From IMG/VR virus record IMGVR_UViG_3300037068_000078, positions 1 to 64,000 of that record: a stretch of DNA of 64,000 bases, one strand, 5' to 3'. Positions 18,681-26,866 of this stretch are shown in pieces. Below the pieces are notes generated by a model. That model had not been told where the DNA came from. It did no database searches and was given only the letters and a program-made list of their open reading frames with translations. Within the stretch, counting starts at the first letter, position 1. Each line of letters begins with the position of its first letter. Both the position numbers and the translations under genes were made by a program. Source of the stretch: a virus.

Positions 18681-19732
18681 TGCCCAATCCAAAGGAGTTG
18701 GCGGCAGTGGTCGCCAATGGTCAGCGCTACGAGATCTGGACTGAGATCGAGGTGACACGAGACGTCTCTGACATCATCGATCACACGCTACTCACCGTAG
18801 CGGAGATCAGCCCAGAGACCAGCGGTGCCATCAGTGCATTGAAGCTGCAGCCGGGTGACAAGTGCACGGTCTTTCTAGCTGGGCAGAAGGTCATCACTGG
18901 TATGGTCTACATGCGACAGGCCGTGCTCGACCCAAACAATCATCAGGTGCAGATCGGCATCTCGTCGCAGGCACAGGCTGTGATGGTCTCCACCGTGGAT
19001 GGCAATCCTGGTCAGTACACCAACCAGACGCTTCAGCAGATGGGCAGCGCGGTGTTCGGCCCCGTGGGCGTTAACTTCACGGTGAAGGCCAGCGGCGATG
19101 AGCAGTTCACGCGCGTAAGCGAGCACATCGGTGAGACACGTTTCGCATTTATCGAGCGCCTCGCGCGCATGGTCAACATGCATCTCTTCGACGACGGCAA
19201 CGGTGGCATCCAGGCGTTTCGCGGGGCTTCCGGTGGCGGGCTCACGCTGAAGGAGGGCACCAACTTCAAGCGCGGGCGCATCCTGCTTAAGAACAGCGAC
19301 CACGTGGACGACATCACCATCAAGGGCCACGACTTCGGCAACGACAGCGCCGACATGAACCGCTCGCCCGAGGGGAAAACCACGGCGGACCCGGCCATTG
19401 GAAGGTCGTTCAAGATGATCGCCGAGGAGATGGGTAGCTCTAGCAAGATGCAGAAGCGCGCCAATCATCAAGGAGACTGGACCAAGTACATGCAGGTGGA
19501 TGGTGACATCACGACGCAGGGTTGGTTCGCCCCCGACGGTACACTCTGGTGGACGCATGTTGGAGAGAAGATCATGGTGAACTCGCCTTCGCTGCTGCCC
19601 GAGAACACTTTTAAGTTCATGATCAAGGGCGTGGTGCACCGTCAGTCCACCGCCAACGGAACGACGACTGACGTGCTGCTGTGCCGCGAGGACGGTTTCG
19701 GCAGTGGTCAGCAAGAACCGATACAGCACTGA
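18680..19732 (+). CDS. Baseplate hub (Mu gp44/gpP-like)
   Basis: ANGQRYE.W, GDKCTV...G..VITG, GET.F.FIERLAR. Confidence 0.88.
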   Translation: MPNPKELAAVVANGQRYEIWTEIEVTRDVSDIIDHTLLTVAEISPETSGAISALKLQPGDKCTVFLAGQKVITGMVYMRQAVLDPNNHQVQIGISSQAQAVMVSTVDGNPGQYTNQTLQQMGSAVFGPVGVNFTVKASGDEQFTRVSEHIGETRFAFIERLARMVNMHLFDDGNGGIQAFRGASGGGLTLKEGTNFKRGRILLKNSDHVDDITIKGHDFGNDSADMNRSPEGKTTADPAIGRSFKMIAEEMGSSSKMQKRANHQGDWTKYMQVDGDITTQGWFAPDGTLWWTHVGEKIMVNSPSLLPENTFKFMIKGVVHRQSTANGTTTDVLLCREDGFGSGQQEPIQH

Positions 19733-20499
19733 TGAGATTCGTATCACCACGCGGCTCGGCCGAGCGGGTTGGCAACTCGCTTTCACGCACCATCGTCGAG
19801 AAGGTCGACGACACCAAGCTCATGCAATATCACAATCTGTCGCTCTACTCGGACGAGCAGCAGAACGGAGTTGAGCACGCGCACCAGTACGGGTTCGTCA
19901 ACGTGCCGCAGGAGCCCACCGGCGAGGGTAAGCAGCGCACAGGTGCCGAAGCATTCATGGGCTTCATGGGCGGCGGTCGCAGCCACGGCGTCGCGTTCAT
20001 GGCGGGCGACAGGCGATATCGCCTGTACAAGCTGGCAAATGGCGAGGTCGCCATGCATGACGACCAGGGTCAGCAGATCCACATGAAGCGCGACGGGCTT
20101 TGGGCATCCGTGCCCAATAGCAAGAAGGTCATGATGCAGATCATGGACGACGACAAGCTGCCGCAGGCGGACGACGCGCCCACCAGCGGCAAGCAAAAGA
20201 TGGGGCAGGTGCAGCAAGCGGGCCGGTCGGCGGCGATCAACGTCGTGCTCGACAAGAGCCAGTTCACCATCAACCATCCTAGTGGGCACGTGCAGGTCAA
20301 CTGCGCGAGCTTCGGTGTAAACGCCAGCGGCGACGTCGGCGTGAAGGGTGGTGGCAACGTAGAGCTACAGGCGGGCAACAAGCTGGGCTTCGACGCGAGC
20401 GGCCCCGTGGTCACCAAGGGTGGTGGCAGCGTGGGTAGCAACGGTGCTGTCAGCAGTCCCGGCGACCAGCCTCCGATCCCAGCTTGGGAGGTGCCGTAA
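19732..20499 (+). CDS. Baseplate spike (Mu gp45-like)
   Basis: EH.HQYGF..VP, GG.RSHGV...DRRYR...GEVAMHDDQGQ. Confidence 0.88.
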   Translation: MRFVSPRGSAERVGNSLSRTIVEKVDDTKLMQYHNLSLYSDEQQNGVEHAHQYGFVNVPQEPTGEGKQRTGAEAFMGFMGGGRSHGVAFMAGDRRYRLYKLANGEVAMHDDQGQQIHMKRDGLWASVPNSKKVMMQIMDDDKLPQADDAPTSGKQKMGQVQQAGRSAAINVVLDKSQFTINHPSGHVQVNCASFGVNASGDVGVKGGGNVELQAGNKLGFDASGPVVTKGGGSVGSNGAVSSPGDQPPIPAWEVP

Positions 20500-21393
20500 G
20501 TGGGCTTCTCAGATCTCCGCTTCATGTTCGACGCCACGCAGAACCGCGTGTTCGTGCAAGACATACCAGCCAGTGTCACACTCTCGCTTGCTACCAACAT
20601 CAATCAGATCTGGTACAAGGAGGGCGTCGGGCTCATCTACTTCAACGACAGGCAGCACATCGGCGAGCCGTTCACCGACCCCTCCGTCTACCAGACGCAG
20701 ATCAACGCGTGGATAACGGCGATGGCTACTGCAACTCCAGCGCTCACGCTTGCGCAAGCCAAGGTCATCAAGAACAAGTTCGTTGGAGCTATCTACGACG
20801 TCAAGCGGCAGGCACCAGTCACGGTCGGCACTTCTCTCGGTACGCTGCAGTTCGAGGCGACTGACTCTGCGATGCTCGCGTATACATTGCAGACAGGCTA
20901 TCAGTTCGTGGCGAACCTGAACGCGATCATCGCGCAGCTAAACCAGTGCATCGCAGAGGGCAACGCAGTTCTTGGTGCAGCGAACGGCAACCTGATACCG
21001 ATCGTCAATGCGCTCATCGGCAACAGTGGCGGCAGTGGTTTGGGCAAGTACGAGGTCCTGATGGATCAGTACAACCTAGAGACATTCGGTCTTTCTGGTG
21101 GTCAAGTCCAGCCGAATCCGCCCATTCGCGCGAACCTGCCCGGTGACGCGAGTGCGTGGGGCGGAAGTTTCGGCAGTGGCGTGGGCGGCATATCATCTGC
21201 ATCTCCTGCCCTCGTCTCTCTTGGTTCTACAGCGGCACAATCATTCACCGAGAATGATCTCATAGCTATTATTGCGGCGGTCTCAACACAGGTCGTCGTC
21301 AAGCAGGCTGTGAACAACGCAAAGCAGGCAGCGGTGAACGCCTGCGGAACAATCGCAGCAGTTGTCGCGCTCGACGTGACGACGGGATGGTGA
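20500..21393 (+). CDS. Hypothetical virion protein inserted in the baseplate operon
   Basis: Abuts both neighbours; C-terminus DVTTGW resembles tail-associated DUF4376-type endings. Confidence 0.6.
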   Translation: MGFSDLRFMFDATQNRVFVQDIPASVTLSLATNINQIWYKEGVGLIYFNDRQHIGEPFTDPSVYQTQINAWITAMATATPALTLAQAKVIKNKFVGAIYDVKRQAPVTVGTSLGTLQFEATDSAMLAYTLQTGYQFVANLNAIIAQLNQCIAEGNAVLGAANGNLIPIVNALIGNSGGSGLGKYEVLMDQYNLETFGLSGGQVQPNPPIRANLPGDASAWGGSFGSGVGGISSASPALVSLGSTAAQSFTENDLIAIIAAVSTQVVVKQAVNNAKQAAVNACGTIAAVVALDVTTGW

Positions 21394-21394
21394 G

Positions 21395-21904
21395 ATGGCA
21401 GACTTCAGGTTACAGGCACAGGACAGGGACCACATCAATCTGAACTTCGATTGGTTGCAGCTGGCAAGTGGGCTCATCGATGAGTCCATGGAGCTTGCTA
21501 GCGCTGTGCTCATTGCTTTGAACACCGACGCCACCGCCAGCGAGACGGACGTGCTGCCGGATCCACGCTCGACCGACAGGCGTGGATGGTGGGGAGATCT
21601 CAATGCAGGCACGTTGTGGGGTGGGTGGCCCATCGGTAGCAAGCTCTGGCTCCTCAAGCGTGCCAAGATCGTGGACAACAATGCGCGCGAGGGTGCGACC
21701 ACTGCACGCGTGCGCTCGTACATAACCGCGTGCATCAGGCCCTTCGTCGACAACGGCATTTGCTCAAAGTTCACCATCGACAGCGTCGTCGTGGACAAGT
21801 CGAACAAGAAGATCTCTGCAGCCTTCACAATATATCGCGGACCTAAGTCGGCGATCAAACTTTCATACCAGCCACTCTGGTCTCAGCTGTTCCCGGGAGC
21901 ATGA
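21395..21904 (+). CDS. Baseplate protein (Mu gp46-like)
   Basis: AVLIAL.TD, RRGWWGD, GSKLWLL.RAK. Confidence 0.9.
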   Translation: MADFRLQAQDRDHINLNFDWLQLASGLIDESMELASAVLIALNTDATASETDVLPDPRSTDRRGWWGDLNAGTLWGGWPIGSKLWLLKRAKIVDNNAREGATTARVRSYITACIRPFVDNGICSKFTIDSVVVDKSNKKISAAFTIYRGPKSAIKLSYQPLWSQLFPGA

Positions 21905-21909
21905 CCTAA

Positions 21910-23019
21910 ATGCCTTGGACTACACCAACGCTCGATGACGCGCGCACCATAGTTCGCGACGCCATTCAATCGCAGCTGCGCTCGGGGCCAATGATCCCGA
22001 ACAGCGGCCTGCGCGTCATGTCCGACGCCAACGCCGCGCTCGCCCAGCTGACGATGCTCTACATCGACTGGCTCGCGCGCCAGTTGCTCCCAGACACCGC
22101 CGAGAAGGACTTCCTCGATAGGCATGCGGCCATCTGGCTGCCGAACAACGGGCGCAAGTCAGCGACGCTGGCGAACGGCGGTGCCACCATCACCGGCATC
22201 ACCGGCAAGGTGCTCCCAGCTGGCTCGCAGTTCCAGGCGACCAGCGTCGATGGGACGACGACCTACCTGTTCCAGTCTGGCAACGCGGTGACTCTCAGTG
22301 GCGTCCCCACGCCGTTCACGTTCACGGCCATCACGGCTGGTCACACTGGACTTGCTGCAGGCGACACGCTGGCGCTCAACGTGGGCATCTCCGGCATCAA
22401 CGGCACGGCCACTATCACTTCTATCGCTGATGGTATCAACGGTGAGACTGACGATGAACTCCGCGTCCGCGTCCTCGCTCGCATTCAGCAACCCCCGGTA
22501 GGCGGAGATGCGAACGATTTCGTGCAGTGGGTACTCGCGACACCGGGGGTGGCCGTGACGCGCGCGTGGTGCAGCCCGAACGAGATCGGCGCTGGCACCG
22601 TTACACTGCGCTTCATGGTGGATGACCTTCTCAACGAGATCAACGTGTTCCCTACTGCGCAGCAAGCGACGCTAGTCACTGCGTATGTAGACACGGTGCG
22701 CCCGGTCTGCCTGAAGGACAGGTTCGTGTTCGCTCCTACGCCAGAGCCGATCAACTTCGCCATCTCTGGCCTCTCGCCAGACACCGTTGCGAACCGCAAC
22801 GCAATCCAGGCTTCGGTGAACAAGATGCTTTTCGAGCGGGCCGCACCTGCGCATGCCATCAACGGCGTGACGCAGGGCGCACAGACGATATATGCAGAGT
22901 GGGTCAGCGATGCCATCTCGCAGATCGCGTCCATCGATCACTTTACCTTGCTCATGAGTGATCACCCCATGCCGTTCAAGTCGTCTCTCGCGATTCTTGG
23001 AACCATCACCTACGGATGA
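21910..23019 (+). CDS. Baseplate J-like wedge protein (Mu gp47)
   Basis: QLLPDTAE, ETDDELR.R, PP.GG...DF..W, GAGTV. Confidence 0.92.
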   Translation: MPWTTPTLDDARTIVRDAIQSQLRSGPMIPNSGLRVMSDANAALAQLTMLYIDWLARQLLPDTAEKDFLDRHAAIWLPNNGRKSATLANGGATITGITGKVLPAGSQFQATSVDGTTTYLFQSGNAVTLSGVPTPFTFTAITAGHTGLAAGDTLALNVGISGINGTATITSIADGINGETDDELRVRVLARIQQPPVGGDANDFVQWVLATPGVAVTRAWCSPNEIGAGTVTLRFMVDDLLNEINVFPTAQQATLVTAYVDTVRPVCLKDRFVFAPTPEPINFAISGLSPDTVANRNAIQASVNKMLFERAAPAHAINGVTQGAQTIYAEWVSDAISQIASIDHFTLLMSDHPMPFKSSLAILGTITYG

Positions 23020-23025
23020 TTTTAG

Positions 23026-23697
23026 ATGTCTTGGACGCAGCTATCCACTGTTGATTATCAGCAGGCGCTGAACAACCTTCTGCCCACGGGCGATGCTTGG
23101 CCCCGCGAGTTCAACTCCAGCATAGCTCTGCAGGAGGTGATCGCCGGTCTCGTGACGATCTACGGTGATCCAACTACCTCGGTGGAGCAACTAGCGGCGC
23201 TGTTGCTGCAGACTGAGAGTGATCCGCGCAAGGCCAACGTTCTACTCCCCGACTGGGAGACTGCGTTTGGTTTGCCAGATATTTGCTTACCGAGGTCTTC
23301 TGGGCTCACGATCGCACAACGTCAGCAGAGCCTTGTCAATAAGATAACTTTTCTAGGTGCGCAGTCTCGCGCCTTCTTCATCGCACAGGCCGCACTCAAT
23401 GGTCAGACTGTCAGTCTCACGGAGTATGCACCCTACCAGTGCGGCATCTCTGGCGTGGGCAACACGACCAATCTTACCGATGACGGAACGTATCGCTGGG
23501 GACTTGGTCGCGAGGAAATACGCTTCGTGTGGGTTGTCGCACCGACCGCTCTCACTGCGAGCTTCAACGGTGCGGACTTGTTCTGCTTCATGAACCGCTG
23601 GAAGCCAGCGCACACCGAGGTGACGTTCGACTACAGTGCTCTCGCAGAATTTCGCTTCTCGCGACCCTGGAACTCCGGGTTGCTTGCCACTCTCTGA
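23026..23697 (+). CDS. Baseplate wedge protein (Mu gp48/DUF2313)
   Basis: LLPTGDAW, LLPDWE..FGLPD, KPAHT. Confidence 0.9.
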   Translation: MSWTQLSTVDYQQALNNLLPTGDAWPREFNSSIALQEVIAGLVTIYGDPTTSVEQLAALLLQTESDPRKANVLLPDWETAFGLPDICLPRSSGLTIAQRQQSLVNKITFLGAQSRAFFIAQAALNGQTVSLTEYAPYQCGISGVGNTTNLTDDGTYRWGLGREEIRFVWVVAPTALTASFNGADLFCFMNRWKPAHTEVTFDYSALAEFRFSRPWNSGLLATL

Positions 23698-23712
23698 TAG
23701 GGGATCTACGCA

Positions 23713-24414
23713 ATGCCTTCTGCAAATGATAACATCAGCCTCAAGGACGGCGGCGACAATCCGTTCAAGATGCGCGCGATCGACGTCTCGCTTCTCGGAG
23801 ACGGAACGGTTCAGCTCATTCGGCACTACTCGACGCTGTACCCTGCTGACTATGGTGTGGGCGGTAGCTATCACACGACCGTCAAGAGTGGGGCAATGGC
23901 CGTGGGATTGGGTGCAACTGCTCCGATACTTGCATTCCGAAATCCATCCGCGAATTTGCTTGCTGTCCTGCGGCGCATCAAGTTTGAGGCGTGGTCCACG
24001 GGCACAGGTTTTGCGGCTGGTCTGGCGTCCATCGACATGTCCATCGCTCGTAGTTTCTCGGTGCAAGACACGGGTGGCGCGGCTGTCTCGCTGACATCAC
24101 CTCAGGCCAAGTTGCGCGCGGCAATGTCTGCTTCATCATCACTCATTCAGGTGGCGACTACCGGGGCGCTCACAGCTGGTACGCGCACCAAGGACACCAA
24201 CCCTATCGAGGCATTACGCATCGCGGTGGGGACGGCCACGAACACGCCGTTCATTCCATTCGGTACGGAGCTCTACAAGAAACAGGGCAGTGATCATCCA
24301 GTGGTACTGGCACTGAACGAGGGCTTCGTTCTCGAGGCGACAGTTCCCGGAACGGGAACGTGGGCATGGGCCTCGACTCTCGAGTGGGATGAGCTCCCGA
24401 TCAGCAGCTTCTAA
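23713..24414 (+). CDS. Hypothetical beta-rich virion protein
   Basis: Long ORF within the tail operon. Confidence 0.65.
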   Translation: MPSANDNISLKDGGDNPFKMRAIDVSLLGDGTVQLIRHYSTLYPADYGVGGSYHTTVKSGAMAVGLGATAPILAFRNPSANLLAVLRRIKFEAWSTGTGFAAGLASIDMSIARSFSVQDTGGAAVSLTSPQAKLRAAMSASSSLIQVATTGALTAGTRTKDTNPIEALRIAVGTATNTPFIPFGTELYKKQGSDHPVVLALNEGFVLEATVPGTGTWAWASTLEWDELPISSF

Positions 24415-24429
24415 GGGGGAGCCATTTAA

Positions 24430-25296
24430 ATGGACTACGCAGTACCATACGCCAACCCCGCACCGAACGGGACTTCGTACGTTGACGGCGATCCGATACA
24501 CGGCATCGCGCCGAGCATTATCCCTGCTGCAGCCGTCGAGTACCCTCAGCGCGAGATCGTCAACACCATTCTTAAGAACCAGATCTCGCCGAGCAACGGC
24601 GACCTCACGCAGCTGGCTCGTGCTCTGCAGGCAGATATCGTCAACTGGGCGGTTGACAGTGGCACCGCAAACCATATTATCATCAATCTAGATCCTGCTC
24701 CGCCCACACTATTCGCGGGGCTCAAGGCGTGGATCCTCGTCAAGGTCACCAACACTGGTACGACTGACGTCACGTGTAACGGCATCGTCAAGCCACTGCT
24801 GACGCAGGGTCTCGCAAACCTTGCCTCTGGCGTCATCGTCACGAATGGCATCGCCATTATCGTCTACGATGGCACGCAGTGGCAGCTGATGCTCGGTACT
24901 GCGGCCACAAGCGGCCCCGCTGGTCCAACGGGCGCGACTGGTGCGGCAGGTGCACCGGGTGCGCAGGGTGCTACGGGTCCGGCTGGTTCGACGGGTGCGC
25001 AGGGTCCTGCCGGTCCACAGGGACCTCCAGGCTCACCAGCGAGCTTGATCCCTGGTCCATATAACGTCGGCGCGTACAGCTTCGCGTTCAACGCGCACTC
25101 CAACGACGTGTTCGTGGCAGCTGGCTCCGGTGGTACGGGCGTCGCGGGTCCAGTCACCATTGCACGGCAAGACTTCGTCCTTCAACCTTATATCGGCGGG
25201 ACGTGGCGCAACTACGGTGTCGCGTTCATGAGCGGTGGTATCGGTTGGTCAGAGAGTGGAACACAGGACATCTCGATCGTGCAGAGGATTGGGTGA
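24430..25296 (+). CDS. Tail fibre protein with collagen-like repeats
   Basis: PQREIVN.I and DLTQLARA N-terminus; (GXX)n run at ~24913-25032. Confidence 0.85.
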   Translation: MDYAVPYANPAPNGTSYVDGDPIHGIAPSIIPAAAVEYPQREIVNTILKNQISPSNGDLTQLARALQADIVNWAVDSGTANHIIINLDPAPPTLFAGLKAWILVKVTNTGTTDVTCNGIVKPLLTQGLANLASGVIVTNGIAIIVYDGTQWQLMLGTAATSGPAGPTGATGAAGAPGAQGATGPAGSTGAQGPAGPQGPPGSPASLIPGPYNVGAYSFAFNAHSNDVFVAAGSGGTGVAGPVTIARQDFVLQPYIGGTWRNYGVAFMSGGIGWSESGTQDISIVQRIG

Positions 25297-25694
25297 TGGG
25301 GGACTTCAAGCGAACTATCGTCGGGGCAATGTGTCCGCACAGATACGAGGACAGCTTCACCGAGATATGGCTCAAGGTCTGGTTTGAAGAATTAGACTTT
25401 GCGGTGCCGTTCTTGGCGACCGTCTTCGACTGCGAGGGACACGGGCGCGAGCTCTGGTTCCGGGCCATGAAGGGTGAGTATGGTGAGATCGAGGTCATCG
25501 GTCCCACGTGCCCACTCCCCAAGCCAGTGCCGAGACAATACATCACGATGGCAGTTGCCGACTCACCCGTGATCATCTCGGATGGACCTCGTCCTCTTCC
25601 CGCGCCGAGGGCACGGCTCGCCATAACAATGCAGGTCATCGACTCGCCCATGATAATCTCAGATGAACCAAAACTGCTGGAGTATCATCCGTGA
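25296..25694 (+). CDS. Tail fibre assembly chaperone
   Basis: VPF.AT..D.E.HGREL...A..GEYGEI motif. C-terminal duplicated ITM.V.DSP.IISD.P. Confidence 0.75.
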   Translation: MGDFKRTIVGAMCPHRYEDSFTEIWLKVWFEELDFAVPFLATVFDCEGHGRELWFRAMKGEYGEIEVIGPTCPLPKPVPRQYITMAVADSPVIISDGPRPLPAPRARLAITMQVIDSPMIISDEPKLLEYHP

Positions 25695-26047
25695 GCGTCG
25701 AGGTTGATATCACCACGTACAGCGACGCGGACTTCAATCTCGCGCAGACGCTGCTCACTGCGATGCCAACTGACACCACGTCCAAGTTGCACATGCAGTC
25801 GAGACAGTCCGCCACCGACGCCAATGTCTATCTCAACCTGACGTCGGACGCCGGTCAACTTACCATCGTGGATACTACACACGTCACCATCTCGGTGCCG
25901 CAGTCTATGCTCCAGTTCCTGCCGCCTGGAGTCTACACCTACTCGCTGATATGCACGAGTAACGGTGGGGCGGTGCGCACCGAGGTGTTCAGGGGCGTAC
26001 ACACGCACAACGCCGGTCCCACGCAGTTCAACGCGAACACGGCGTAA
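25691..26047 (+). CDS. BppU-N-like adaptor domain protein
   Basis: HMQ.R......L.LT...G.LTI....LPPGVYTY.L pattern. Confidence 0.6.
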   Translation: MSVEVDITTYSDADFNLAQTLLTAMPTDTTSKLHMQSRQSATDANVYLNLTSDAGQLTIVDTTHVTISVPQSMLQFLPPGVYTYSLICTSNGGAVRTEVFRGVHTHNAGPTQFNANTA

Positions 26048-26077
26048 GTACCCAAAACAAAACAGAGGAGAATAGTC

Positions 26078-26248
26078 ATGGGTCTACAAGTAAAGGGCAA
26101 CGTGAAGAGCGCGACTCTTGAGATGACCATCATTCGCAGGGGTGGGACACGTGAGCCGCTTGGAGTCGTGGGGTATCAGAGCTCCAACAAGTTCAAGCAC
26201 TACATCGTCAACAAGTGGATCAAGTTCAAAGAAAGAAGGAGAATCTAA
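26078..26248 (+). CDS. 56-aa basic protein
   Basis: SD GAGGAG. MGLQVKGNVKSATLEMTIIRRGG... Below the ORF-track cutoff; in frame with the next gene. Confidence 0.6.
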   Translation: MGLQVKGNVKSATLEMTIIRRGGTREPLGVVGYQSSNKFKHYIVNKWIKFKERRRI

Positions 26249-26251
26249 AAC

Positions 26252-26629
26252 ATGGTTGCGCAAACTCAAAACGGCGGCTTGGCCCGCGTCACCGCCGCAC
26301 TTGCTGCTCTCTCGTGGTGGTTCCAGTGGGGCACTGGCTCTGCCGCCGCAAAGACGGCGAACGCCGTAACGACCACGTCCACGACCGAGGCACGCGTGGC
26401 GTGTACCGCCGCTCAGGCCACGGTCTCGGTCACCAGCGACACGCTTCAGCTGACGGGCACAGTCACCGCAGCTGGTGCACGCACGATCACAGAAGTCGGC
26501 GCGTTCGATGCCGTGGGCTCAGGCAGCCCCCCGACCGGGGGGAACATGGACTATTACTGCGACTTTAGCTCTGTCTCCTTGGCGAGCGGCGACAGCATCG
26601 CCTTCACGCTCAAGGTGCAGTACACCTAA
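26252..26629 (+). CDS. Small beta-sandwich fibre/structural subunit
   Basis: SD AAGGAG. WGTG...ITEVGAF...GGNM...F..V.L.SGDSIAFT pattern. Confidence 0.7.
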   Translation: MVAQTQNGGLARVTAALAALSWWFQWGTGSAAAKTANAVTTTSTTEARVACTAAQATVSVTSDTLQLTGTVTAAGARTITEVGAFDAVGSGSPPTGGNMDYYCDFSSVSLASGDSIAFTLKVQYT

Positions 26630-26638
26630 GAGGAATGG

Positions 26639-26860
26639 ATGGCAAACATTCAGATGACAATCAAAGCGCTCGGTGTTGCATACACCGGGCGCAGCTGGGA
26701 CGACGTCGCTGATGAGGTCGGCGATAAGATATTGACAGCGGGCCACGTGTACCGCTGGTTGGAGCCGGGCACTGACGTTCATCTCGGAGAATTTCGGCAC
26801 GATCGCATCAGCGTTCTAGTCGACAAGGACCACATCATCACCGGCTACTCGGTAGGATAA
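26639..26860 (+). CDS. Peptidase inhibitor I78 / potato-inhibitor-I-like protein
   Basis: RWLEPG...GEFRHDRISVLVDKDHIIT...G resembles the R..PG..T.D.R..R..V.VD....I....G pattern. Confidence 0.55.
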   Translation: MANIQMTIKALGVAYTGRSWDDVADEVGDKILTAGHVYRWLEPGTDVHLGEFRHDRISVLVDKDHIITGYSVG

Positions 26861-26866
26861 TACTCA

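Noticed and set aside
24430-25694. Diversity-generating retroelement targeting the tail fibre
   Set aside because: No reverse transcriptase and no TR/VR pair. The only nearby repeat is a degenerate duplication within the chaperone C-terminus.
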